DNA of 64,000 nt from assembly GCA_017531985.1 (NCBI GenBank), contig JAFXJY010000034.1:1214-65213 (forward strand). The letters are read 5' to 3'. Of the stretch, positions 32,027 through 42,361 are shown piece by piece; the stretch's first letter is position 1; each line of letters starts with the position of its first letter. A model generated the notes under the pieces. It did not search any database and was not told the origin of the DNA. It worked only from the letters and a program-made list of their open reading frames with translations. The position numbers and the translations under genes were made by a program. The stretch comes from Bacteroidaceae bacterium. GTDB taxonomy: Bacteria; Bacteroidota; Bacteroidia; Bacteroidales; Barnesiellaceae_A.

Positions 32027-33445
32027 TCAGTGCCAGCCGAGACGGCACAAGCGAGCCATGATACGAGGTATATCGGTATTATCAAGCCATCCTTTATTAT
32101 CGAAAGAATCGGCACCGGCACCCATCACGAATAGTGGAACCGGACTACCGGTGTGATGCACCGTTGTCCAACCCAGTCCCAACTTGGCTGAATAGATTTT
32201 ATACACCTCTTTCGTCAGTTCGTCATAGCTGGCATACAAGGTCTCCTGCACTTTACTTCTTTCATCAAGAATTTCTTGCAACACCATCATCAAATGCCCT
32301 TCTTCTCCGGCTGTCATGGGAATGTGAGTACCCAGTCCCAACTTATCGGCCATCAACGAAGCCACCTCACTCCATGTCACATCCTTACCACGATGCGATA
32401 GCAATACTCGCACATCCTCGCCAAATTGACCTTTCGACACCGTTGCATACGGCAAGTAATGCATATTGACCTTGTGACGACTATCGATAGTTCCCACCGA
32501 CATTCCACCGGTCTCATGGTCGGCAGTTATTACAATAAGAGTCTCGCGAGGATGTTTCTTATAAAACTCTATCGCCTCACGCACTGCTGCATCGAACTCG
32601 ATGGTCTCACGCAACACACCCGATGGGTCGTTACCATGCCCCATGTGGTCGATAGCACCACCCTCAGCCATCATAAAGAAGCCTTTGGGATATTTTTTAT
32701 ACAGGAAATCAATACCACTACGCACCATCTGCGGCAGGGTCATATCACCATTATCGCCATCAATGGCATAACCTATACGATTTTCAGTAGTCGTGTCACT
32801 ATCAAGCCACAACACTCGTTGGGCTTTATCAATTACAGCTTGCTCATAGCCCTCACGACCACGCACTATGGTGTAACCAGCCGCTTCATACTCGGCAAAG
32901 ACATTGCCGGGAGTACCACTTCTCACTCCATAGGGATCGCGGAAATAGGCTCCTGCCATAAAGTCGAACCCCGACTCGGCACCTTGTCGGGCTATCTGAT
33001 AATAATGATGACGACTGGGACGAGTGGCATAAAAAGCCGCAGGTGTAGCATCATCGAGACACACACTACTCATTATCGCAACTCCGCGACCGGCTGCCTT
33101 CATCTTCTTGGCTATCGATGTCAAGGTAAGCGTGTCAGCATCCATTCCTATCATTCCATTGCGAGTCTTTGCCCCACATGCCAGAGCCGTACCGGCAGCA
33201 GCCGAGTCGGTTATATCATCATTAGCCGAAAAGGTTGTGATAAACCCCGAAACCGGAGTTTCATAAAAATGAGGCAATGCCGACACCGAGTCTTGAATGT
33301 TTTTGTAATAGGTACGCAATGCTTGCACCTGTCCTATCCCCATTCCATCGCCGATGAAGTAAAATACATATTTGGGTACATCAGCCGATGCTATTCCACT
33401 CAATATCAACAATAAACTCAATACCTTTAAACGAATATTCTTCAT
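32027..33445 (-). CDS. alkaline phosphatase
   Basis: Signal peptide from ATG 33445, FIGDGMG, TDSAAAGTA, EGGAIDHMGH, TADHETGG. Confidence 0.93.
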   Translation of the reverse strand: MKNIRLKVLSLLLILSGIASADVPKYVFYFIGDGMGIGQVQALRTYYKNIQDSVSALPHFYETPVSGFITTFSANDDITDSAAAGTALACGAKTRNGMIGMDADTLTLTSIAKKMKAAGRGVAIMSSVCLDDATPAAFYATRPSRHHYYQIARQGAESGFDFMAGAYFRDPYGVRSGTPGNVFAEYEAAGYTIVRGREGYEQAVIDKAQRVLWLDSDTTTENRIGYAIDGDNGDMTLPQMVRSGIDFLYKKYPKGFFMMAEGGAIDHMGHGNDPSGVLRETIEFDAAVREAIEFYKKHPRETLIVITADHETGGMSVGTIDSRHKVNMHYLPYATVSKGQFGEDVRVLLSHRGKDVTWSEVASLMADKLGLGTHIPMTAGEEGHLMMVLQEILDERSKVQETLYASYDELTKEVYKIYSAKLGLGWTTVHHTGSPVPLFVMGAGADSFDNKGWLDNTDIPRIMARLCRLGWH

Positions 33446-33626
33446 GCTACATAAATTTAGAATCGTTAATAACACTACAAATGTAACGAAAAATAAGACA
33501 CAAAAATCTTTCTCCGACAAAAAACGAAGTAAATACTTGGCAATCGCCATAAAATATCAGGGCAGGTCGGTTATATTTCGGTCAAATTCGTTATCTTTGC
33601 ACATAATTATTAAAAGAGACATATTT

Positions 33627-34688
33627 ATGAAAGATATTGTTGTGAGCGGCATCCGCTCAACAGGAAACTTGCATTTGGGTAACTATTATGGAGCACTGCG
33701 TAATTTCGTAAAGATGCAGGATGAGAATAACTGCTTCTTCTTTATTGCCGACTTGCACGCCCTTACTACTCACCCCGACCCTAAGATGCTACACGAGAAT
33801 GTCAAGAACATTCTTGCCGAATACTTGGCAGCCGGACTCGATCCCGAGAAATCGACTATATTCATCCAGAGTGATGTCCCCGAGATTTCAGAACTATACC
33901 TACTCATGAACATGCATGTGGGTATAGGAGAACTAATGCGTACAGCATCGTTCAAGGACAAGGCACGCAAGCAGCTTCGCCTCGACACTCCGTCCGATGA
34001 CAATGACGATGCCATTGAAAAGGAAATTATCAGCGACACATCCAAGAATCGCGTCAATGCCGGTTTGCTCACCTACCCTACGCTGATGGCAGCCGACATC
34101 CTCATACACAAAGCACATAAAGTGCCGGTGGGCAAAGACCAAGAGCAACACTTGGAGATGACTCGCCGATTTGCTCGTCGCTTCAACTCGATATACGGTG
34201 TCGAGTTATTCCCCGAGCCCACCAGCTACAATTTTGGTCAAGCCAGTATCAAAGTTCCCGGTCTTGACGGCAGTGGCAAGATGGGCAAAAGTGAAGGCAA
34301 CTGCATATACCTATGCGACGAAGAGAAAGCTTTGCGTAAGAAGGTGATGCGTGCCGTTACCGACGAAGGTCCTAAAATGCCCAATTCCACAAAGTGTGAA
34401 GCTGTGGAAAACCTCTTTACGTTGCTCAAAATCGTATCATCACCCGATACAATTGCCTACTTCGAAGAACAATACAACAACTGCTCAATACGATATGGCG
34501 ACCTGAAAAAGCAACTTGCCGAGGATATACTCAGAACAACAACCCCCATACGCGAACGAATACTCGACATACGCAACAACGATGAATATCTGCGTCGTGT
34601 AGTATCGATGGGTGCCGAACGAGCCAGAGAAAGTGCCGCCCGCACGTTGCAAGAGGTACGAAACGTGATGGGTTTCAAACCTTTCTGA
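33627..34688 (+). CDS. trpS: tryptophan--tRNA ligase
   Basis: SGIRSTGNLHLGNY, YPTLMAADI, VPVGKDQ, KMGKS; start ATG 33627. Confidence 0.97.
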   Translation: MKDIVVSGIRSTGNLHLGNYYGALRNFVKMQDENNCFFFIADLHALTTHPDPKMLHENVKNILAEYLAAGLDPEKSTIFIQSDVPEISELYLLMNMHVGIGELMRTASFKDKARKQLRLDTPSDDNDDAIEKEIISDTSKNRVNAGLLTYPTLMAADILIHKAHKVPVGKDQEQHLEMTRRFARRFNSIYGVELFPEPTSYNFGQASIKVPGLDGSGKMGKSEGNCIYLCDEEKALRKKVMRAVTDEGPKMPNSTKCEAVENLFTLLKIVSSPDTIAYFEEQYNNCSIRYGDLKKQLAEDILRTTTPIRERILDIRNNDEYLRRVVSMGAERARESAARTLQEVRNVMGFKPF

Positions 34689-34720
34689 CAGGAACAAAGA
34701 TAAGGAATGTCTATAATACT

Positions 34721-34753
34721 ATGAGAAGGTACATCATAAGTGTGCCTTCTCAT
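34721..34753 (+). terminator. trpS terminator hairpin
   Basis: ATGAGAAGGTACA...TGTGCCTTCTCAT. Confidence 0.65.
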
Positions 34754-34908
34754 TTCATTATTAAATAATAATTAATACACCTTAATACTTCACCCAAAGT
34801 TTATTTCACTAATAATTAGGATAAATCAATAAAAAAATTGTAATTTTGCACTTTCTTAAAACAACGAAAATAACAACAAATAAATAACCTTAAAACCTCA
34901 AAAAACTT

Positions 34909-37900
34909 ATGAAGAAATTATTGTTACTCACCATTAGTGTATTGATGGGTATAGGTAGTGTTATAGCACAGCAAGTACCTGTTTTCCATAAATACACATT
35001 TGATGATGCAGCCATTATCAATGGTATGTCGGATAATGGAAAGTATGCAGTAGCACATGGATTCAGTGCCGATAACTCACTGATGCAAAAAGGTGCTCGC
35101 CTTATCGAGATTGACACCGATGTCGTTACCGACTTGGCCAAGAACTACTCGACCAACGACTACATGTCGATGGGTACCGCCGATGTTACCGACGATGGCA
35201 GCATTGTAGTTGGCGAATTTAACCACAAACCCGCCTATTGGTCAAAGTCTACCGGCAAGTGGACAATACTTCCCTGCGAAGAAGATGAATACTTCGGTGA
35301 TGTACGCTCGGTAACTCCCGATGGCAAGTATGCCGTAGGTCGTCAATCGATCGATGAAGATGGTTTCTACACACTGCCTGCATTGTGGGACTTGACCACC
35401 AATACATTGGTTGAAGTAGAAGGACTTCCCACATTCGACATGTCGGGACAAGACCAAGACCAAAACTGGTTCAATCAGATTTCGCCCGATGGCAAGTACA
35501 TCTTAGGAAGCATGTCTTTCAGTTACTTAGGTGATGGTTTCTTCTACATATACGATGTTGATAAAAAGACATTCTCACCCATAGGTTTTACCCTCGAAGG
35601 TAAACGCTTCTCACCTCTCGCGGCTAATCTCTACTTCATCAATAGTGCCACATTCAGCCCCAATGCCCAATGGGTGTCGGGACGTGCCTACATGGTAGAA
35701 ATGGATGGCAACAATATAGGAAACCAATATGAAACAACTTTCGTATTGAACGTAGCCACCGGCGATTTTAATGTCTATACCGCTACTGAGGACATCGACA
35801 TAGTATCAAGTGCTATCGACAACAACGGATATGCCTTTGGTGCAACACCCGGTGGCAATCCCATTCGTCAATGGAGTATCCGCAATAATGCCTATTGGTA
35901 CACTTTCGAGCAGATTCTCAAACAGCAATATGACTACGACTTCTATGCTCGCACAGGTTACGAAAATACGGGTACACCTATATGCCTGAGCAACGATGGT
36001 CGTCGTGCAGCCGTCTTGGTTGACCCCTACACAAGCTACGTTGTCGAAATGCCCACCACATTTGCCGAGGCTACACAAGGTGTTGACTTGCTTGGTTCTT
36101 ACTACGCCACCCCTCGTGCCGGTTCTACCATCTCACGACTGGGCGAAGTTTCGGTTACTTTTGACCGCGATGTACAAATAGTGGGTGCCAACAATTGTGT
36201 GGAAATCCGCAACTCGAAGGGTGAAACTGTATATAACTCAGCAGGTCTCACCGCCAATAAGAAAAAAATAACCGTTCGCTATCGTAATGGTTCATTGACC
36301 GAAGGCGAGAAGTACACCCTACATATTCCCGCAGGCTCGATAGCCTTGGCGAGTGATGCTCAACTCACCAACAAAGAGATAAACATCGAATATACCGGTC
36401 GTGCCAACAAGCCTGTTGCAGTTACATCGGTCTATCCTACCGAGGGTAGTTCTTTTGCCAAAATTGACAACTCAACCAACCCCATCCTGCTTACATACGA
36501 TGTAGAGGTATATCTGCCCGACAGTGCCAAAGCCTATCTGTACGACGTAAACGAGGCAGAACCCATCGCTACATTGCTAATGGCATATAGTGGCAAGGTT
36601 GTTGCCGTATATCCTGCAACTACACAATACTTGTTCAAAGACAATAACTACCGCATAGAAGTAATGCCCGGCTCGGTAACCGATGTTGCAGGAAATGGTG
36701 CAAGCGAAAAGTTTGTTATCAATTATACCGGTAGTTATGAGCGTGAAATTTCGTTTGACGACAATTCGTTGATGATAGAGGACTTTAATCGTGCCGGTGT
36801 TGCCAACTTCATGCTGTGGGACGGCGACCGCCTCTCGCCCGATGCCAATGCACAAGCTATCGGATTTGATCGCAACGACTACGGTTGGGCTATCGTATGG
36901 GATGAAGAGGACGCTTCGAACATTGCTGCATCGTCACACTCCATGTACACTCCCGCCGGTAAGAGTGACGACTGGATGGTTGTTCCTCAACTCTATATTC
37001 CCGATGAGAAATGCTCACTCTCATTCAAGTCTCAAAGCTACCTCAGCAGCAAGAATGATTACTTGAAAGTATATATATGGGCTAACGATGAAAACATCAA
37101 CAGCCTTGATGCCAACATAGTAGCACGCATCAAGAATGAAGGCACATTGGTTTACAACGACTTGCAGTCGCCCGGCAAAGATGACAACCTCCTTGCCAAC
37201 GACTGGACTGAAAACTCTATCAGTCTGGCACAATATGCCGGCAAAAACATCTACATCGCATTCTTGAACGACAATGAGGGACAAAGTGCCGTTTTCGTTG
37301 ACGATGTGAAAGTGATGCACAACAAGCCCATTCGTGTTGCCTTCACTCACGCCTCATCGGTTATCAAGCAAGAGAATATCACTATCGAAGGTATTATCTC
37401 TATTGACTCAGATACCGACACATACCAAACTCTGACTCTCACACTCAAAGATAACAATGACAACGAAATAGACGTAATCAACGAGAGTGGTCTCAACTTA
37501 AAGAAGGGCGACACTTATAAGTTCTCATTCAGCAAGCCTCTACCCTTGGAAGAAGGTAAGTCTAATAAATTCACAGTGTCGGCACTGTGCAACGACAACT
37601 TGTATGAACTTGTAGGTCATGTATCAAATCTGGCATTCGAGCCTGTTAAACGCATGGTTATCGAGGAGTTCTCGGGTCGCTCATGCAGCAACTGTCCTCT
37701 TGGATTTATCTCAATGGAACGTATGATAGAACTATACGGAGACTTGATTATTCCTATCGTCATCCGCACCTATGGCGATGATCCCCTTGGTACCGGACTA
37801 TCAGAATATACACAATTCCTCGGTGTTGTGGGAGCTCCCTCGGCCGTCATCAACCGCATGGGAGTAAGCTATCCTGCCGTATCGCACAATGGTGATTACT

Positions 37901-38670
37901 ATTTCAGCAATGCCGAACTTCCCGAGGGACAAGATCGTCTATGGCTCGACGTCGTTGCCGACGAGTTGGAAGTACCCACCAATGCCGATATCAATATAAA
38001 CAACCTCTCGGTAGACAAATCGACCAACGAGTTTATCATACCCTGCACCGTACGTTATGCCATGAACGCTGAGAACCTGAACCTCAACCTTTTCGTTGTT
38101 GTTCTTGAAGACAATGTAGAGACATGGCAGCTGAACGGATTTGCCAGCTACCCGAGCGAGGCCCTTGGCGAATGGGGCAGCTATGGTATCTATGCCGGTC
38201 AACCTGTTGTCTACGACTACATGTTGCATGATGTGTGCCGTGCATATTATGGCCTTACCTTTAATGGAACAGGTGGTTACTTGCCACAAAGCATGATTGC
38301 CGGCGAAGAATATAACGCCGAACTTCGTGTCGCAGTACCCCAAAACATCGAAAACATATCGAATGCCAAGGTAGTCGTTATGATGATTGATGCCAACACA
38401 GGAGTGGTAGTCAATGCTGTTTGTGCCGATGAAATTGCAGCAGTTGAAAACATTGACAGCGACACAAACGTATCTATAACTACACTCAACGGCAACATCG
38501 TTGTTAACACCACAAGCGAGGCCAACGTAATGGTGTACAGCACCAATGGCTCATTAATGGGTAACGCTCGCGGAATGAATCAGATTACCATCGATACTCC
38601 CGAAGGAATAGCTATTGTTAAGGTAGTAACAGCTCAGGGCGTTGTTGTTAAGAAAATTCTGGTACAATAA
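34909..38670 (+). CDS. large T9SS-secreted surface protein: beta-propeller, Ig-like, cleaved-adhesin-like and Omp28-like domains
   Basis: Signal peptide; S/TxDG propeller repeats; DDWMVVPQL and YAGKNIYIAF adhesin-like motifs; EEFSGRSCSNCP; CTD VYSTNG...KKILVQ. Confidence 0.75.
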   Translation: MKKLLLLTISVLMGIGSVIAQQVPVFHKYTFDDAAIINGMSDNGKYAVAHGFSADNSLMQKGARLIEIDTDVVTDLAKNYSTNDYMSMGTADVTDDGSIVVGEFNHKPAYWSKSTGKWTILPCEEDEYFGDVRSVTPDGKYAVGRQSIDEDGFYTLPALWDLTTNTLVEVEGLPTFDMSGQDQDQNWFNQISPDGKYILGSMSFSYLGDGFFYIYDVDKKTFSPIGFTLEGKRFSPLAANLYFINSATFSPNAQWVSGRAYMVEMDGNNIGNQYETTFVLNVATGDFNVYTATEDIDIVSSAIDNNGYAFGATPGGNPIRQWSIRNNAYWYTFEQILKQQYDYDFYARTGYENTGTPICLSNDGRRAAVLVDPYTSYVVEMPTTFAEATQGVDLLGSYYATPRAGSTISRLGEVSVTFDRDVQIVGANNCVEIRNSKGETVYNSAGLTANKKKITVRYRNGSLTEGEKYTLHIPAGSIALASDAQLTNKEINIEYTGRANKPVAVTSVYPTEGSSFAKIDNSTNPILLTYDVEVYLPDSAKAYLYDVNEAEPIATLLMAYSGKVVAVYPATTQYLFKDNNYRIEVMPGSVTDVAGNGASEKFVINYTGSYEREISFDDNSLMIEDFNRAGVANFMLWDGDRLSPDANAQAIGFDRNDYGWAIVWDEEDASNIAASSHSMYTPAGKSDDWMVVPQLYIPDEKCSLSFKSQSYLSSKNDYLKVYIWANDENINSLDANIVARIKNEGTLVYNDLQSPGKDDNLLANDWTENSISLAQYAGKNIYIAFLNDNEGQSAVFVDDVKVMHNKPIRVAFTHASSVIKQENITIEGIISIDSDTDTYQTLTLTLKDNNDNEIDVINESGLNLKKGDTYKFSFSKPLPLEEGKSNKFTVSALCNDNLYELVGHVSNLAFEPVKRMVIEEFSGRSCSNCPLGFISMERMIELYGDLIIPIVIRTYGDDPLGTGLSEYTQFLGVVGAPSAVINRMGVSYPAVSHNGDYYFSNAELPEGQDRLWLDVVADELEVPTNADININNLSVDKSTNEFIIPCTVRYAMNAENLNLNLFVVVLEDNVETWQLNGFASYPSEALGEWGSYGIYAGQPVVYDYMLHDVCRAYYGLTFNGTGGYLPQSMIAGEEYNAELRVAVPQNIENISNAKVVVMMIDANTGVVVNAVCADEIAAVENIDSDTNVSITTLNGNIVVNTTSEANVMVYSTNGSLMGNARGMNQITIDTPEGIAIVKVVTAQGVVVKKILVQ

Positions 38671-38743
38671 TCACTAACCACTTCAACCCACTGACAACCC
38701 ATAGTGTTGTCGGTGGGTTAAGTATTAAACATAAAAACATATT

Positions 38744-40372
38744 ATGAAAAAAATCTTTACACAATTGTTTATGCTTGTAGCATGTGTAGCAATGTCATTC
38801 ACAGCCCAAGCCAAGCTCGTAGATCTGGGCGAGATACAACTCGACACGGACTACCAAATCCCCATGGATTTCAACTCCTACATTGCATCATTCACTGCCA
38901 CAAGTAGCGGCACACTCGTTGCAAGCAGTACCGATACTTATACCCTGCTCCCCTATCACGAAAAGTTGAGCGACATGGAGACCGAAGGTAATGCCATAGC
39001 CTACACACTCGACAACCCTTACGGTGCAAAACAATATCACTTTGATGTTACCGAAGGTACTACCTATTACTTCTACATTGACTTTACAATGAGCGAGTTT
39101 ACCTTCCGCATCTCGATGGATGCCGGTGATGGCATAGCCATTACAAAGACTACCCCCGAGGCCGGCAGCGTATTCAGTGTTTCGGGTGGCGGATTGGTTT
39201 CGGTTCAATTCAGTCGAGCCATAAACTACGACGGCACAGCTACCCTCATTGCCAACGGACAAACAGCATCGGTACCTGTCAACGGACAGAACAATATCAT
39301 CTCAATGGAGATTAAAGAGCCACTCTTCAATTGGCTCAACAATGGTACACTCAATGGCGGTGACTCGTTCATCATCCGCCTTACCAACGTAAGAGCAGCC
39401 GACGATGCCACATTGGTTTACGGCACAGACGGTACTGCCGATATTGAATATGTTATAGGCGAAATGCCCATTCAACTCCTCAACAGCAAGAACACATCAG
39501 GCACGTTCAAGTCATACTACATGCCCAACGATCCTTCTGCCATTGTAACGCTCACATTCGACGGTGCTGTTGCATCGGCAATGGTATCACTCTCATTCGG
39601 CTCGACCGATGCTGAGGGCGACTATTACGTTGAAGAACTTACACCCATCATTGAGGAAAACACTATCAAGGTAGACCTTAGCGGCAAAACTCGCACACCC
39701 GACAACATGGTAAAATCGGGTACCAACTACAATAACATGACTATTTCATTCAATAAGGTTCTTGACACTACCGGTCAGCATGCTTATTCGGGTGGTCAAG
39801 GTACAATTGGTGGCTATTCGTTTACCTACGAAACATTGGACGTTGTAACAGCCGATGTCATCAGCGAGTTTATTCCCGCACCGGGTTCTACACTCGATTG
39901 TTGCGAACCTGAGACTATCGAAATATGGATTACCGATGAAGGCAAACTCTCATATGATGGAGTAAAATTTGCTCTCGACTTCATGGAAGAACCCATTGTA
40001 GTGACTGACTACACTAAGGAAGCCGATACGTTTGACCCCACAGCAGCCATTCTGACAGTACCCTTCCCATGGGAACAAATTCCTATGTTAACACAAGAGA
40101 ATGAAGAAAACGCCCCCATTGTTATCACCGTAACACTCAACAACTTGCAGAGTGCCGATGGTATTGACCACACAGCCGATGTAACTGCTACTTACTACCT
40201 TAACAGTTTAGGTGCCGTAAACAGCATATTGGGTGACGATACAAATACATTTACTGTGTACAATACTCGTGGCATACTTGTCATGCACACCACCAACCGC
40301 GATGAATTGAAGAACCTCCCCCGTGGTATCTACATCATCAATGGTGAGAAATTTGTGGTAACAACTCGATAA
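38744..40372 (+). CDS. T9SS-secreted Ig-like domain protein
   Basis: Signal peptide, acidic beta-rich repeats, CTD VYNTRG...LPRGIYIINGEKFVV. Confidence 0.7.
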   Translation: MKKIFTQLFMLVACVAMSFTAQAKLVDLGEIQLDTDYQIPMDFNSYIASFTATSSGTLVASSTDTYTLLPYHEKLSDMETEGNAIAYTLDNPYGAKQYHFDVTEGTTYYFYIDFTMSEFTFRISMDAGDGIAITKTTPEAGSVFSVSGGGLVSVQFSRAINYDGTATLIANGQTASVPVNGQNNIISMEIKEPLFNWLNNGTLNGGDSFIIRLTNVRAADDATLVYGTDGTADIEYVIGEMPIQLLNSKNTSGTFKSYYMPNDPSAIVTLTFDGAVASAMVSLSFGSTDAEGDYYVEELTPIIEENTIKVDLSGKTRTPDNMVKSGTNYNNMTISFNKVLDTTGQHAYSGGQGTIGGYSFTYETLDVVTADVISEFIPAPGSTLDCCEPETIEIWITDEGKLSYDGVKFALDFMEEPIVVTDYTKEADTFDPTAAILTVPFPWEQIPMLTQENEENAPIVITVTLNNLQSADGIDHTADVTATYYLNSLGAVNSILGDDTNTFTVYNTRGILVMHTTNRDELKNLPRGIYIINGEKFVVTTR

Positions 40373-40396
40373 GATATAGCAGTCATAACCATAGCG

Positions 40397-40433
40397 AGCG
40401 ACCGCACCGGAAGGTGCGGTCGCTTATATTTTA
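40397..40433 (+). terminator. intrinsic terminator
   Basis: AGCGACCGCACC-GGAA-GGTGCGGTCGCT followed by a T-rich tail. Confidence 0.85.
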
Positions 40434-40535
40434 TGTATTAGAGGCTGTGACTGTTGCCTAATTTTTATCATATCACAAATATTTCTTTTACCATTCTTGC
40501 TTTTCGCGATATAAAAGGGTAACTTTGCGTTGGAT

Positions 40536-40934
40536 ATGAAAAGCCGAGTGGTCAACATAGCATTACTCATAGGCATACTCACATGGTGGGTTATGACCAT
40601 ATTTACGTCATCGAATAACAAAATGGTTGTCAATGACTGTACGACTGAACCGACACAGACAACCGAGTCGTTAATCGTTGATGCCTCAACCATCGCATTC
40701 CCCGACACACTGTTATGCCTGCCACGCACAACCACTCCTATACACATACACCTCTCGCAACAAAGCAACAAACGAAATGATACAGAAAGACGTCACAATA
40801 CGTCCTACTTAAAATCCGGTAAAATAATTGACACTGATGTAAGTCTTTCTATTCATAAACCTTCAAAACCTTTCTGCTCAGTTCTTTCCGAGCCTTATCA
40901 TCGTCTTATAAGCCTCGGAAGGCTTATTATTTAG
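40536..40934 (+). CDS. hypothetical exported leader-like protein
   Basis: TAACTTTG box 8 nt before the ATG, N-terminal hydrophobic segment, polar body, C-terminus HRLISLGRLII. Confidence 0.7.
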   Translation: MKSRVVNIALLIGILTWWVMTIFTSSNNKMVVNDCTTEPTQTTESLIVDASTIAFPDTLLCLPRTTTPIHIHLSQQSNKRNDTERRHNTSYLKSGKIIDTDVSLSIHKPSKPFCSVLSEPYHRLISLGRLII

Positions 40935-41101
40935 CCGTCAACACATTTCTACCTCAACAATGCAGCATTAACAGAATGTTGCACAGTCTACACTACACCT
41001 ATATCAGCATCAACAACAAGCACGACAATATTGTGTGATGCGGTTGCGTGTGTGTACATAACTTTCAATCACAAATATCAACCGACTAAATAATAAAAAC
41101 A

Positions 41102-41548
41102 ATGGAAAATAACTTTATCAAAATACATTCAACCAAAGATATTATCATCATTAGCATTCTTATAATAATAGGTATTCTACTTGCCATTCTACCCATCGGT
41201 GGTGCCATCAATGTAACAGGCTACATACTCATAGTTATCGGGGCATTACTTATACCTTTCTACAAGAACGGATACAAAGATGCATGGGAAGGCAAGAGTT
41301 ATATAAAAAAAGAATACTACTTTGCCAATAACAGAAAAGCCGAGTTAATAGCATCCGTTATCGACCACCCTCAGAATATAACCATTGAGGAGCAAGATAA
41401 AGGCAACACTCTGCGTTTGATAGTATTTTATAGCAAGGAGTCGGGACGTGCATTCTTACAACTACAAGAGTATATACCGTATAAATACGAACCTTGCACC
41501 GATGTTGTAGAACACAAGGTGAGCCAAATAGGAAATCTTATCAAATAG
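41102..41548 (+). CDS. hypothetical membrane protein (2 TM)
   Basis: A-rich leader, two hydrophobic segments, soluble C-terminal domain. Confidence 0.8.
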   Translation: MENNFIKIHSTKDIIIISILIIIGILLAILPIGGAINVTGYILIVIGALLIPFYKNGYKDAWEGKSYIKKEYYFANNRKAELIASVIDHPQNITIEEQDKGNTLRLIVFYSKESGRAFLQLQEYIPYKYEPCTDVVEHKVSQIGNLIK

Positions 41549-41787
41549 ATCGGCTGACATCTCATAAGAGTTGCCGATTGTATACCTATCATCCAGCAGC
41601 TATATGGATGTTCTATAAATCGGTAAAAAGTTAAACCTTGTAGAGATATTCTATTACGGTCGCTTAGGAATTTATTGAGGTATCATTCTAATTCTACTCG
41701 GTTACAATGCCTGCATTACTCCATCGTAAGAAATTAAGAAAACATCCTGAAATAATCCGACCAGACATATAGAACACCATTATATAA

Positions 41788-41877
41788 AAAGAGAGGATGT
41801 CTCAATGCGAAGTGAATCTCAGATGTTGAATGAAAAAACTTCCGGGAGTACACTCGATGAAGAGGCATCCTCTCTTT
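41788..41877. repeat. REP/MITE-like palindromic element between convergent genes
   Basis: AAAGAGAGGATGTCTC ... GAGGCATCCTCTCTTT, 16-bp inverted repeat with one G-U/mismatch position. Confidence 0.55.
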
Positions 41878-41891
41878 GTTAAGAGATCAGT

Positions 41892-42269
41892 TTATAACTT
41901 GAACGATATAGGTAGAACAAAACGAGCATCTACACGTTTGCCATCATCGACAGCAGGAGTCCATCGAGGCATCAGCCCTACAATACGTAACACCTCAGCA
42001 TCGCACTCGGGTGTGAGTCCTCGCAGAATCTTGGCATTTACGACCTCGCCATCAACAGTTATTATAAACTCAACAAATACATTACCCTCAACCTTGTCAT
42101 TTACAGCCTGCTGCGGATATACAAGATTTTGCGACACAAACTCGTACAATGCTGTATCACCGCCCGGAAACTGTGGCAAAACATCGGGGGTAGTTGCAGT
42201 TTGAGCATCAACATGCACCATAACACAGGTTGCAAACATTACGCTAAGTAATAAAAGGACTTTTTTCAT
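41892..42269 (-). CDS. stand-alone TonB C-terminal domain protein with signal peptide
   Basis: PQFPGG, YPQQA, VEGNVFVEFII, MPRWTPA. Confidence 0.88.
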   Translation of the reverse strand: MKKVLLLLSVMFATCVMVHVDAQTATTPDVLPQFPGGDTALYEFVSQNLVYPQQAVNDKVEGNVFVEFIITVDGEVVNAKILRGLTPECDAEVLRIVGLMPRWTPAVDDGKRVDARFVLPISFKL

Positions 42270-42361
42270 AACTAAATGTTTTTAAGATGAGACAATAGAG
42301 GTGCCTTCCGCGGTAAAAACACCTCGGCAAATATATAAGATAGCTATATTTTAAATTATAT

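Noticed and set aside
33960-34055. Acidic insertion in TrpS as an intein
   Set aside because: Only ~30 aa with no intein termini; looks like a lineage-specific loop
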